Shown in pieces: positions 28,398 to 38,100 of a DNA stretch of 44,188 nucleotides; positions within the stretch are counted from its first letter, which is position 1; each line of letters opens with the position of its first letter. The notes below the pieces were generated by a model. It was not told the DNA's origin, ran no database searches, and was given only the letters and a program-made list of their open reading frames with translations. Source of the stretch: a virus (Duplodnaviria > Heunggongvirae > Uroviricota > Caudoviricetes); the IMG/VR virus record IMGVR_UViG_2541047701_000003; one strand, written 5' to 3'. The position numbers and the translations under genes were made by a program.

Positions 28398-28948
28398 GTT
28401 TCAAAAGCGGTGTAACAACGAGGGTGGATAACGCTAAGGCCATTCTGGATGCGCTCAGGTCGTTAACCAAAAAAGATGTGCTGGTCGGCATCCCTTCGGA
28501 AGACAGCGAGCGGGATGATGTTCCGTTTGGTAATGCGGGCATCGGTTACCTCAACGAATACGGCTCACCAGAGCAGAACATCCCGCCACGACCTCACCTG
28601 GTCCCCGGCGTTAAATCGGCAGAAGAGCAGACGGTGCCGCAGCTCAAAGCCGCGGCGCAGGCTGCACTTGATGGTAATGCTGCGGGAGCAGAAAGTGCAC
28701 TCAACCGTGCCGGAACACTGGCCGGTAATGGCGTCAGGCGTTACATGACCATTACCGGCTTTACGCCGCTTGCTGACAGTACTGTTGAAGCCCGGGCTCG
28801 TCGGGGGCGCAAGGGGGCAACACTGGAACTTGCCCGGCGTGTTGCTGGCGAATCCCCGGGAACCGAACTGGCGAAACCATTAATTGACACCGGGCAATAT
28901 CGCAGAGCGATTACCCATGTTGTGAGGGATAAAAATGCCGACTCTTGA
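28394..28948 (+). CDS. Putative head completion/tail joining protein
   Basis: 184 aa, ATGA-coupled. Confidence 0.4.
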   Translation: MSFKSGVTTRVDNAKAILDALRSLTKKDVLVGIPSEDSERDDVPFGNAGIGYLNEYGSPEQNIPPRPHLVPGVKSAEEQTVPQLKAAAQAALDGNAAGAESALNRAGTLAGNGVRRYMTITGFTPLADSTVEARARRGRKGATLELARRVAGESPGTELAKPLIDTGQYRRAITHVVRDKNADS

Positions 28949-29324
28949 TGTAACAGATGTGCTTTTTGACCCCGATTTTTGCGACTTCAATTTGTGGGTA
29001 ACACGCCGTGTGCAAACGGTGGATGAGGACGGGATCGGCAGCGACAGCGAAGTTAAAAAGCAGTTTGCCGGAGTCGTAACTGTTGATCGCTCTCTGGAAA
29101 ACCGTCGTATGCAGGCCGGGCAGGTAATCAGTGGTGCAATTCTGATTGTGACGACTGAGCGACTGACGCAGGGACAGACTGGCCGTGATGCCGATATCGT
29201 GACGTATCAGGGCCGTGATTATCGTGTGACTTTCGTCGACCCGTATACAGCGTATGGTGCCGGATTCGTTCAGGCGCATTGTGAGTTGCTGCCGTTTGAT
29301 GGGGGAATTCCGGTTGAGCAATAA
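28935..29324 (+). CDS. Hypothetical structural protein
   Basis: 129 aa, overlapping coupled ORF. Confidence 0.4.
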   Translation: MPTLDVTDVLFDPDFCDFNLWVTRRVQTVDEDGIGSDSEVKKQFAGVVTVDRSLENRRMQAGQVISGAILIVTTERLTQGQTGRDADIVTYQGRDYRVTFVDPYTAYGAGFVQAHCELLPFDGGIPVEQ

Positions 29325-29862
29325 CACCAGCACAGAGCGCGGATGGCTGATACCAACCAGTGGCGATCCGGATTATGACGAAGCGCTCGACAGGCTGTTA
29401 AGCAAGTGGATGCGTAACGTTTCCGGTCTGTCTGCCGGGATGGTTCGCCCGCGCTGGCAGAAAGAGCAGCCGCCACTGCTACCGGCTGAAACGAACTGGT
29501 GTGCGTTTGGGGTTATCGGATGGTCAGGTGATGACAGTCCGGCATTCACCAGACAGACTGATGATGGCTCTCAGCTCTGGCGGCATGAAACGATTGAGTG
29601 TATGGCTTCGTTTTATGGTCCGGCGGGGATGGTGTATGCGTCCCGGTTTCGTGACGGTATATCTGTACCGCAGAACAACGCAGCACTGAATGTGCTGGGG
29701 CTGTCTATTGGCGATTACACAGGTCTGACTCCCTTCCCTGAACTTATTAATCAGCAATGGGTCCGCCGCTACGATATGACGGTGCGTCTGCGCCGGAAGG
29801 TTGTGCGCGAGTACGGTATTAAATCGCTGGTGGAAGCACCAGTCATCTTTTTCGGAGATTAA
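29299..29862 (+). CDS. Hypothetical structural protein (start uncertain; ORF opens at 29254)
   Basis: ORF upstream of sheath gene. Confidence 0.4.
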   Translation: MGEFRLSNNTSTERGWLIPTSGDPDYDEALDRLLSKWMRNVSGLSAGMVRPRWQKEQPPLLPAETNWCAFGVIGWSGDDSPAFTRQTDDGSQLWRHETIECMASFYGPAGMVYASRFRDGISVPQNNAALNVLGLSIGDYTGLTPFPELINQQWVRRYDMTVRLRRKVVREYGIKSLVEAPVIFFGD

Positions 29863-29865
29863 GCT

Positions 29866-31011
29866 ATGGCACAGGGCTTGCCTGTATCAAACGTTGTTAA
29901 TGTTGATGTGATCATGTCGCCGCGTGCAGCATCAGGGCGAAATTTTGGTGCATTACTCATTCTCGGCCCGTCCACAATCATTCCGGTAAGTGAGCGCATT
30001 CGCCGTTATTCTGCCGCGGAAGATATTGGAAAAGATTTTGGCGTGGAATCACCAGAATATAAGGCTGCGCAGGTGTTTTTCTCTCAATCACCGAAACCTC
30101 AGGAGGTTTTTGTTGGTCGTTGGGTGAAAACGAAGGGAGACAGCGAACAGGCCACGCCTGAGACGCTGGAGCAGGCTGTGAATGCCATGCTCGATTATAC
30201 TTCATGGTATGGGCTGGGGATTGCAGACGATGCAGATATTCCGGATGCAGACTGGCTGAAAGTGGCTGCGGCGATCGAATCCTCTTCTGTAAGCCGTATT
30301 CTGGCGATTACGACAAGCGATGAGAAATGCCTGCAGACTGCATCCAGCGATGATTTGGCATCAAAACTGAAAACCGCCGGATATTCACGCAGTTTTATTC
30401 AGTATTCATCGGGTAATAAATACGCTGCGTTATCTGCATTTGGCCGGGCATTCACGGTTAATTTCAATGGCAGTAATACCGCGATTACGCTCAAGTTTAA
30501 GCAGGAGCCGGGTGTCGGGTATGAAACACTGACAGTCAGCCAGGCATCGGCACTTGATGCAAAAAACTGCAATGTATTCGTGTACTACCAGAATGATACG
30601 GCTATCCTCCAGCAGGGAGTGATGGCTAACGGCGATTTCTTTGATGAACGCCACGGCCTGGACTGGTTACAGAATTATGTGCAGACCAACCTCTATAACC
30701 TGCTTTATACCAGCACCACGAAAGTTCCCCAGACTGAAGCCGGTATTACCCGACTGTTATCAAATGTTGAAAAATCACTGGATCAGGCCGTTCAGAATGG
30801 ACTGATTGCTCCGGGCGTATGGAACGGGGGCGACCTTGGTCAGTTGTCATCAGGTGACACACTGCCCAAAGGTTATTACGTATACGCCCAGCCGCTGGAT
30901 GAACAGGCACAATCAGAACGTGAAGCCCGTAAGGCTCCGGTGATTCAGGCTGCAATAAAACTTGCAGGCGCGGTTCATTACGCTGACGTACAGATTAACG
31001 TTGTTCGCTAA
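29866..31011 (+). CDS. Contractile tail sheath protein (DUF3383-like)
   Basis: 381 aa followed by tube and chaperone/tape-measure genes; family recalled from composition and order. Confidence 0.6.
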   Translation: MAQGLPVSNVVNVDVIMSPRAASGRNFGALLILGPSTIIPVSERIRRYSAAEDIGKDFGVESPEYKAAQVFFSQSPKPQEVFVGRWVKTKGDSEQATPETLEQAVNAMLDYTSWYGLGIADDADIPDADWLKVAAAIESSSVSRILAITTSDEKCLQTASSDDLASKLKTAGYSRSFIQYSSGNKYAALSAFGRAFTVNFNGSNTAITLKFKQEPGVGYETLTVSQASALDAKNCNVFVYYQNDTAILQQGVMANGDFFDERHGLDWLQNYVQTNLYNLLYTSTTKVPQTEAGITRLLSNVEKSLDQAVQNGLIAPGVWNGGDLGQLSSGDTLPKGYYVYAQPLDEQAQSEREARKAPVIQAAIKLAGAVHYADVQINVVR

Positions 31012-31021
31012 GGGGAAGTGA

Positions 31022-31462
31022 ATGTCTACCTATTCTTTTATGGATGTCACTGCGACGCTGACCGGGCCGACCGGTTCGATTGACCTCGGGTACGGTTCGG
31101 CAAGTTCTGAAGAGGGGATTGTGGTTGCGATGGGCGGTCCTAAAAACACCATGACCATCGGTGCTGATGGCGAAGTGATGCACAGTCTCCATGCAGATAA
31201 AAGCGGGACGATTACCGTTAACCTTCTGAAGACATCACCGACAAATAAAAAATTGTCGCTGGCGTATAACGCACAGAGCCAGTCTTCTGCCACATGGGGG
31301 AATAACGTTATCGTGATCCGCAACAAGGTCAGCGGCGACATCATCACGGCACGCAGTGTTGCGTTCCAGAAACAACCGGATAACGCCAACGCTAAAACCG
31401 GTAATACGATGCCGTGGGTGTTTGACTGCGGCAAGATTGACCAGGTTCTCGGGGAGTTTTAA
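31022..31462 (+). CDS. Tail tube protein
   Basis: 146 aa between sheath and chaperone. Confidence 0.55.
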   Translation: MSTYSFMDVTATLTGPTGSIDLGYGSASSEEGIVVAMGGPKNTMTIGADGEVMHSLHADKSGTITVNLLKTSPTNKKLSLAYNAQSQSSATWGNNVIVIRNKVSGDIITARSVAFQKQPDNANAKTGNTMPWVFDCGKIDQVLGEF

Positions 31463-31465
31463 TAC

Positions 31466-31918
31466 ATGGAATTCGAAATCAAAGGCGTGAAATATCGCGT
31501 GGCAAAACTCAGCGTTTTTGACCAGCTGAAAGTGACCCGCAAACTTCTGCCGGTACTGGCAGGAATGATGTCAGATTTCGGGAGCATTTGCTCCCGTTTG
31601 CCTGCTGACGGCAAAATCGACACCGTGAAATTCGAGCAGTTAAAACCGGTGTTTGAAACCATGCTCCCGCGTATCGCTGAGGAACTGTCTTCCCTGACCG
31701 AAGATGACACCGATGCGATTATTCATCCCTGTCTTGCGGTGGTGTCGCGGCGTCATATGGATGGATGGGTGCCGGTATTTACCCAGGGCGAACTGATGTT
31801 TGATGATATTGACTTGCTGGTCATGCTTCATCTGGTGGCGCGGGTGGTCGCCGATTCGCTGGGAAATTTTTTGCCTACACCCCTTACCAGCACGACACAG
31901 AGCCTGCAACAGGGCTGA
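31466..31918 (+). CDS. Tail assembly chaperone (short form)
   Basis: 150 aa directly upstream of tape measure; contains slippery site near 3' end with open -1 frame beyond. Confidence 0.55.
   Translation: MEFEIKGVKYRVAKLSVFDQLKVTRKLLPVLAGMMSDFGSICSRLPADGKIDTVKFEQLKPVFETMLPRIAEELSSLTEDDTDAIIHPCLAVVSRRHMDGWVPVFTQGELMFDDIDLLVMLHLVARVVADSLGNFLPTPLTSTTQSLQQG
31861..31873 (+). other. Candidate -1 programmed ribosomal frameshift slippery sequence (G GGA AAT / T TTT TTG)
   Basis: GGGAAATTTTTTG in zero frame of chaperone; -1 frame stays open to a stop at 32104..32106. Confidence 0.45.
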
Positions 31919-32095
31919 CGTTTAACAGCCTGCCGGACGGGCTGTCCTACCTTCTCAATCCGGTTGACGCCGGGTTAATTCCCTATACAGCACTTAAAGA
32001 TGGCTCTGTCGATTTGTATGACATTGCTCTCTTGAATGACCATCTGGCGGTAAAAGCGGATAACCAGCGGCGCATTGAGAAATGGAGAGAGGATA

Positions 32096-34081
32096 ATGAA
32101 CGCTGAAACTATTAAAGATTTCCTCGTCTCGCTTGGCTTCAGTGTGGATGATGCAGGAGCGAAAAAGTTCGGTTCTGTCCTCGCCGGTACAACTGCAAAT
32201 GTCATCAAAATGGGGCTGGCTGTTGAAGGAGCTGCGCTGTCCGTGGTGGCCTTCACGGCTAAGATCGCCTCCGGCCTGGATAATCTTTACTGGGCGTCAC
32301 AGCGCACCGGTGCGACGGTCCAGGGAATTCAGTCTATTGGCTATGCGGTTTCGCAGGTTGGCGGCAGCGTGGACGCTGCGCGATCTTCTCTGGAAAGCCT
32401 CTCCCGGTTTATTCGTAACAATCCCGGGGCGGAAGGCTTCCTGAATCGCCTTGGTGTACAGACCCGTGACGCCAGCGGCAACATGCGTGACATGGCCGCT
32501 ATTTTTACAGGTGTAGGCCAGAAGCTCAGCGGTATGCCGTATTACCGGGCTAACCAGTATGCGCAGATGCTGGGCATTGACGAAAATACCCTGATGGCCA
32601 TGCGTCGTGGTGTGGGGCAGTTCAGCGCTCAGTATTCAGAAATGGTGAAAGCGATCGGATTTAATGCCGATCAGGCTGCCTTATCGTCAAACCGGTTTAT
32701 GACCTCGCTGAAATCGCTCGGTGAAATGGCCGGGATGGCGCGGGACAAAATCGGATCGAATCTTGCGGACGGACTGGCGGGGCAGATTGATAACCTGCGC
32801 AAAAAGATAATTGAAAATTTTCCCAAAATTGAAGTCACCATCACAAAGGTCATAAAGGGGATCCTCTGGCTGGGTGAGATAGTCGGGCGGGTAGCATTTC
32901 GGATAGTCGATGGTGTCGGAGATATCATCGAGTGGTGGGGGAAACTGGATGCCGAAACGAAAACCCTGATAGAGGTTATCGGCGGTCTGGTTGTCGCCAT
33001 GCGGATACTTAACTCTACTTTCTGGATGTCACCTATAGGGCTGATTACCGGTCTGATCGTGGCTCTCGGTCTCTTGTGGGAAGACTACAAAACATGGAAA
33101 GAAGGCGGTAACAGTCTTATCGACTGGGAAAAATGGCAACCGGCAATAGATAAAGCGAAGGATGCGATCACCTGGCTTCGTGATCACCTTCTGGAACTAA
33201 AAGATGGTGTTGGCGGCTGGCAAAATGCACTGGAAATCCTCGGTACATTCATCGCGGGTGTCTGGGTATCCAAGGTTCTGGGGGCTTTCGGGAAAATATC
33301 TGGTTTGCCGGTACCGCCATGGTTAAAAGGCTGGATGGCTTATGCTGCTTATTTGTACTCCGATCGCGAAAATATTGGTGCCAGTGCGAAGTCATCCTGG
33401 GATTACACGAAACAAAATATTGGAGATTCATTGCGCTGGCTTGGCATTGATACCGATTTTGGTCGTAATCCTCATACCGTAAAAGGCGCAAATATTCAGT
33501 CAGATATTCCAGGTGCTGAGCCGGAACAACATGCACAGGCTACGAAGCGAGGAGAACGGAATAACAATCCGGGAAACCTTAATTTTGCTGGTCAGGCGGG
33601 GGCTTCTCTTGAACGACCGGGCGGGCGATTTGCCAGATTTGAAACTGCTTTTGATGGATTACGGGCTCTTGCTCGTCAGTTAATGCTGTACGCCGGACGG
33701 GGAATAAACAGTGTGGAGAAAATTATCTCTACCTGGGCACCTGCGTCTGATAATAACAACACAACCGCGTATATCAGGGCTGTATCGCAACGACTGGGAG
33801 TGGATCCCCGGGCTGCCCTGAATATGAGCGATCCGCAAACCATGTCAGCATTGATGAGCAGCATTATCCAGCATGAGAATGGAAGAAATATCTATTCTCG
33901 AGAGCTGATTAATAAGGCTGCCGTGGCGGGAATTAGTGGCAAAGTGACAGAGGTTAACCAGCAAAATACCTACCACATTTACGGTGGCGGAGATCCGCAC
34001 GCTGTCGGTAATGAGGTTGCACGTCGGCAACAGTCTGCAAATGCTCAGGTCATGCGAAGTAATCAGGTGAGGGTGGGTTAG
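32096..34081 (+). CDS. Tail tape measure protein
   Basis: 661 aa from ATG with GGAGAGAGG SD; long helical protein with hydrophobic segments after chaperone. Confidence 0.7.
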   Translation: MNAETIKDFLVSLGFSVDDAGAKKFGSVLAGTTANVIKMGLAVEGAALSVVAFTAKIASGLDNLYWASQRTGATVQGIQSIGYAVSQVGGSVDAARSSLESLSRFIRNNPGAEGFLNRLGVQTRDASGNMRDMAAIFTGVGQKLSGMPYYRANQYAQMLGIDENTLMAMRRGVGQFSAQYSEMVKAIGFNADQAALSSNRFMTSLKSLGEMAGMARDKIGSNLADGLAGQIDNLRKKIIENFPKIEVTITKVIKGILWLGEIVGRVAFRIVDGVGDIIEWWGKLDAETKTLIEVIGGLVVAMRILNSTFWMSPIGLITGLIVALGLLWEDYKTWKEGGNSLIDWEKWQPAIDKAKDAITWLRDHLLELKDGVGGWQNALEILGTFIAGVWVSKVLGAFGKISGLPVPPWLKGWMAYAAYLYSDRENIGASAKSSWDYTKQNIGDSLRWLGIDTDFGRNPHTVKGANIQSDIPGAEPEQHAQATKRGERNNNPGNLNFAGQAGASLERPGGRFARFETAFDGLRALARQLMLYAGRGINSVEKIISTWAPASDNNNTTAYIRAVSQRLGVDPRAALNMSDPQTMSALMSSIIQHENGRNIYSRELINKAAVAGISGKVTEVNQQNTYHIYGGGDPHAVGNEVARRQQSANAQVMRSNQVRVG

Positions 34082-34668
34082 TGGATATTCTCTCTACACT
34101 TTTTCATCAGCAGAGCAGAAAAATAGGAATGATTGTTCCCAGTGTTGTTATTTCAGAGAAGCATACAGATATGCTTGAAATAACAGAGCATCCGGTAGAG
34201 GTCGGGGCCGCTGTCGCTGATCATGCCTATAAAAAACCGTCAGAAGTGGTGATGGAGGTTGGTTTCGCCGGTGGCGGCGCATTGCTGGATTTTGCCAGTA
34301 ACCTGACGGCTACCAGCCTGCTCGGCCTGAGTCCTCAGCAGACGTATCAGGAGCTACTGGATCTGCAGGAAAGCCGTATCCCCTTCGATGTGGTAACCGG
34401 TAAACGGCTGTACAGCAACATGTTGATCCGGGCGCTGGAAGTGACGACGGACAAGACAACCGAAAACGTCCTGTCCGCCGTCCTCACCCTGAGGGAGGTC
34501 ATTATCTCCCGGACACAGCAGATTACCGTCGCGGATAAAACCAACATGAAGGAAGGGGCCAGCACGTCGGCGGTACAGAACAGCGGCAACAAAACCACAA
34601 AACCTCCAGATACTTCACTGCTGAAAAGCATCACGGGTAACGTGGCGTCATTACTGGGGGGCGGCTAA
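34081..34668 (+). CDS. Putative tail/baseplate protein
   Basis: 195-aa ORF from GTG overlapping TMP stop. Confidence 0.45.
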   Translation: MDILSTLFHQQSRKIGMIVPSVVISEKHTDMLEITEHPVEVGAAVADHAYKKPSEVVMEVGFAGGGALLDFASNLTATSLLGLSPQQTYQELLDLQESRIPFDVVTGKRLYSNMLIRALEVTTDKTTENVLSAVLTLREVIISRTQQITVADKTNMKEGASTSAVQNSGNKTTKPPDTSLLKSITGNVASLLGGG

Positions 34669-34970
34669 TGACAATTCAGGAAATTCCGCTGACAGCGGAC
34701 AACCAGCAGTTCAGCATCGTCCTGGGTGGTGTCACCTGGCGGATTAGCATCATATGGCGCGATCTGTACTGGATTATGGACCTGCAGAACGACAGAGGGG
34801 AGCCGGTAATCTCCGGTATTCCTCTCGTCACTGGTGCTGACCTGCTGGCGCAGTACGCCTGTATGGGGCTTGGTTTTAAGCTGGTGGTGGTCTGTGATGA
34901 CAACACACAGGATTACCCCACAAAAACTGACCTGGGCGGTCGCAGCCATTTACTGGTATCAACGGAGTAA
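34668..34970 (+). CDS. Putative tail/baseplate protein
   Basis: 100-aa coupled ORF. Confidence 0.4.
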   Translation: MTIQEIPLTADNQQFSIVLGGVTWRISIIWRDLYWIMDLQNDRGEPVISGIPLVTGADLLAQYACMGLGFKLVVVCDDNTQDYPTKTDLGGRSHLLVSTE

Positions 34971-34972
34971 GC

Positions 34973-36037
34973 ATGTCACAGAACTGGATGAGACATTTCG
35001 AGCTGCAGCTTGTGGACGGGAACGGTCAGGGAATTGAGCTAAGTGATTTTAAAGTCACCTTTACGATCGACTGGTTCAACATCAGCAGCGCGTCCCGGGT
35101 AGGGACTATCAAAATTTATAACCTCTCGGCAGATACTGTGAACCGAATTACCGGGCAGGAGTTTTCGAAAGTGCGTCTGATTGCGGGTTACGACGGTATC
35201 GCGCCGGAGGTGTCGGCAAGCGACGTCGGGACAGTGCGGGAAGTTGACGCGGCGGACGTGGGCCAGAGTGATGGTCGCAACTACGGACTGATTTTCAGCG
35301 GTGAAATTCGCTACTCGGTCACAGGAAAAGACAGTCCGGTTGATTCCTACGTCCTGATTCAGGCAGCCGATACTGATCTGGCTTTTGCCACCAGTATAAC
35401 CTCACAGACGCTGGCTGCCGGTTACACGGTCGCTGATGTAAACCGTGCGCTGATGAAAGACTTCGAAGCCAAAGGCGCGACCGAAGGCCTGACGCCTGAA
35501 ATGCCTGCTACTGTATTCCCCCGGGGGCGGGTACTCTTTGGCATGACGCGGCATCTAATGGATAACGTAGCCGGGCAATGTGGCGCAACATGGCAATTCG
35601 TGGATGGTCAGCGCCAGATGGTGGCGAATAACGAATATGTTCATGAAGCGATTGTGCTCAACAGCGCTACCGGGCTTATTGGCATGCCGCAGCAGACTAT
35701 CGGTAACGGCGTAAACGTCCGCGCGCTTATTAATCCGAACATCCGGGTTAATGGACTCATTCAGCTGGATCAGGCTTCAGTGTATCGTACCGCGTTGTCG
35801 AACAACGATATTGCGATGGCTGGTGGTCAGATCACCGACCAGAACACGGATGGAAATATCACGCTAAGCGGCACCACATCGCAGCCTGCCAGCATCGCAA
35901 CGGATGGCGTTTATATTGTGCGCGGGATTATGTACACTGGCGACACAAGGGGCCAGGCGTGGTACATGGATATGATGTGCGAAGCGCGCGGTGCGCAGGA
36001 TATGCCATCCAGCACTGCTTTGCAGAGAGGATTATAG
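34973..36037 (+). CDS. Putative baseplate hub/tail protein
   Basis: 354-aa ORF in tail block. Confidence 0.45.
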   Translation: MSQNWMRHFELQLVDGNGQGIELSDFKVTFTIDWFNISSASRVGTIKIYNLSADTVNRITGQEFSKVRLIAGYDGIAPEVSASDVGTVREVDAADVGQSDGRNYGLIFSGEIRYSVTGKDSPVDSYVLIQAADTDLAFATSITSQTLAAGYTVADVNRALMKDFEAKGATEGLTPEMPATVFPRGRVLFGMTRHLMDNVAGQCGATWQFVDGQRQMVANNEYVHEAIVLNSATGLIGMPQQTIGNGVNVRALINPNIRVNGLIQLDQASVYRTALSNNDIAMAGGQITDQNTDGNITLSGTTSQPASIATDGVYIVRGIMYTGDTRGQAWYMDMMCEARGAQDMPSSTALQRGL

Positions 36038-36039
36038 AA

Positions 36040-36387
36040 ATGAAACGATGGATATTTTCATTGCTGGCGTTAGTGTCTGTTGGTGTAAGTGCAAACACCA
36101 TAACGATGCAATGCGGCAACTTTCGTATGGATGCGATCCCTGACTCATTATTTAAAATCAATGGCGAAACAGTAACATCCCAAAAAGTAAAAATGTTGGG
36201 TAAAGACGGTACAGGCATGCAGATCAAAATGGAGCTGATGCCTGCCAAAGATGGCAACAATTATGGGTTCGAGTATATCCATCGACCGGGCACTAAAACG
36301 CGTTTCCTGAACGTCCAGTTGTTGCAGAACAGCATGGACGCGCCGAAAATTATCGGCTCCTTCCCGTGTAAAAAAGTGCCTGGTTGA
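36040..36387 (+). CDS. Secreted protein with signal peptide (moron)
   Basis: 115 aa; MKRWIFSLLALVSVGVSA signal peptide, two Cys; lower GC than neighbours. Confidence 0.5.
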   Translation: MKRWIFSLLALVSVGVSANTITMQCGNFRMDAIPDSLFKINGETVTSQKVKMLGKDGTGMQIKMELMPAKDGNNYGFEYIHRPGTKTRFLNVQLLQNSMDAPKIIGSFPCKKVPG

Positions 36388-36400
36388 AGGCAGGCACTTT
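36373..36400. terminator. Bidirectional hairpin terminator between convergent moron genes
   Basis: AAAGTGCCTG-gttgaagg-CAGGCACTTT with T-rich flanks on both strands. Confidence 0.45.
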
Positions 36401-36406
36401 CTTTAA

Positions 36407-36772
36407 TCATTCCTTTTTGATTTCGATTTCTTCTTTAGCCTCACTGAATAGTTTAAAAAGTTCTTCATCGGTGAGGTTGCTTGCTTCGATTTTGTAGCCG
36501 CCTTTTTTGATGATTATCTTCTTACTGTGTTTTGCTCTAATCCATGCGGCCACAACAGCAGCGACGCTATAACAAACATCTTTGTTTTGGATAAATTCAA
36601 AAATGTATCCGAGTATCACTGATGCGGGTGAGGATGCAGAAGGCGCTGAATCACCTACCCGCGCCCTTACACCCATTTTTCTGGCTTCAGCGGGGATGAT
36701 CTCCTCGATATAAGGGATCAACTCTTCCCCTACGGATTTTGAGAGGCGTACTTTGAAAACTGATTTAGTCAT
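36407..36772 (-). CDS. Hypothetical protein (moron, opposite strand inside tail operon)
   Basis: 121-aa ORF, Lys/Glu/Ile-rich, AT-rich codon usage. Confidence 0.5.
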   Translation of the reverse strand: MTKSVFKVRLSKSVGEELIPYIEEIIPAEARKMGVRARVGDSAPSASSPASVILGYIFEFIQNKDVCYSVAAVVAAWIRAKHSKKIIIKKGGYKIEASNLTDEELFKLFSEAKEEIEIKKE

Positions 36773-36953
36773 AACCTTTGGCGGCTCCTTCCGGAAAAGA
36801 ATTAATGCTATATGGTCACTGGCTGGAACTTTGTTGGCTTTGGTCTTTTATGGCGAGGCAAAAATCGTTCTTAAAAACTATTGCCATCAAGATGAGCCGA
36901 AAAAGGTGTAACACCAACACCTGATAATTTATATCCTGATATTTGATCAGTAA

Positions 36954-36976
36954 CCCGCCACCCGGCGGGTTTTTTG
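36954..36976 (+). terminator. Rho-independent terminator just upstream of baseplate genes
   Basis: CCCGCC-accc-GGCGGG followed by TTTTTTG. Confidence 0.45.
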
Positions 36977-36994
36977 CTTTCTGGAGCCTACAAA

Positions 36995-37747
36995 ATGGCA
37001 GTATCTGACCAGACCCGCAGCGGCGACCTTGCCGAAACATTCAAATCCGAGCGGGAAACCACAAAGAACCAGATCCGCGTCGCTTTGCCTGGCATCGTTC
37101 AGTCATTCGATCCTGACGCGGTGACGGCGGTTGTGCAGCCTGCTATTCGTTCGGTTGAAACCGACAACGACGGCAACCGCGTAACCAAAAATTACCCGCT
37201 GCTGGTGGATGTGCCGGTGGTATTTCCGCGCGGCGGCGGCTGCACGTTAACTTTCCCGGTAAAAGCCGGCGATGAATGCCTGGTGATTTTTGCCGATCGT
37301 TGTATTGATTTCTGGTGGCAGAACGGCGGGATACAGGAGCCTGTTGATGACAGAATGCATGATTTATCGGATGCGTTTTGTATTGTCGGTCCCCAGTCGC
37401 AGGCAAGGAAGATTAGCGGTATTAATACCAGTGCCACACAGTTGCGTAGTGATGACGGCAGCACCTATTTTGAGCTTAATCCTGATACCAGGAAAATTAA
37501 AATTGTCGCTCCGGGGGGCCTTGATGTGGTTGCCCCTCTGGCTGATTTTTCTGAGAAAGTAACCATTCATGGCCTGTTAACCTGGATGGGAGGCATGGTG
37601 GGGTCTGTTGTTTCTGGTGTGGCTTCAAAAATCACTGGTGCTGTTGAGTTTTTGGGTAGCGTGAAGGCTAACGGCAAGCCAATCGATGATACGCACACTC
37701 ATGGTGGTGTTCAGCGCGGTGGAAGCAATACCGACGGAGTAAACTGA
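36995..37747 (+). CDS. Baseplate central spike protein (gpV/Mu gp45-like)
   Basis: 251 aa from ATG with TGGAG SD; PLLVDVPVVFPRGGG...GDECLVIFADRCIDFWW pattern typical of phage baseplate V proteins. Confidence 0.55.
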   Translation: MAVSDQTRSGDLAETFKSERETTKNQIRVALPGIVQSFDPDAVTAVVQPAIRSVETDNDGNRVTKNYPLLVDVPVVFPRGGGCTLTFPVKAGDECLVIFADRCIDFWWQNGGIQEPVDDRMHDLSDAFCIVGPQSQARKISGINTSATQLRSDDGSTYFELNPDTRKIKIVAPGGLDVVAPLADFSEKVTIHGLLTWMGGMVGSVVSGVASKITGAVEFLGSVKANGKPIDDTHTHGGVQRGGSNTDGVN

Positions 37748-38100
37748 TGCGATACAGACGTGAAGACGCCGATGGCGATTACACCTTTGGCAGCGGTGAT
37801 GACACCTGGCTGATTAACTCGCCTGAGGCCGTAGCACAGGCTGTGAAAACGCGATTCGAATTGTGGTATGGGCAATGGTTTCTCGACACCACCGAAGGGA
37901 CTCCGTGGATCCAGTCCGTGCTCGGTAAGCAGAAGCCGGAAACCTACAACCTGGCGATCCGTAAGCGCATCCTCGAAACGCGGGGCGTTAAATCAATCCT
38001 CTCTTTCAATACGACAGTGGATACCACGACCCGACGTGTCATGTTTTCCGCTGAAATCGACACTCTTTATGGAATAACGACTGTTACATCGGAGGCGTAA
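37747..38100 (+). CDS. Putative baseplate protein
   Basis: 117 aa, ATGA-coupled to spike gene. Confidence 0.4.
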   Translation: MRYRREDADGDYTFGSGDDTWLINSPEAVAQAVKTRFELWYGQWFLDTTEGTPWIQSVLGKQKPETYNLAIRKRILETRGVKSILSFNTTVDTTTRRVMFSAEIDTLYGITTVTSEA

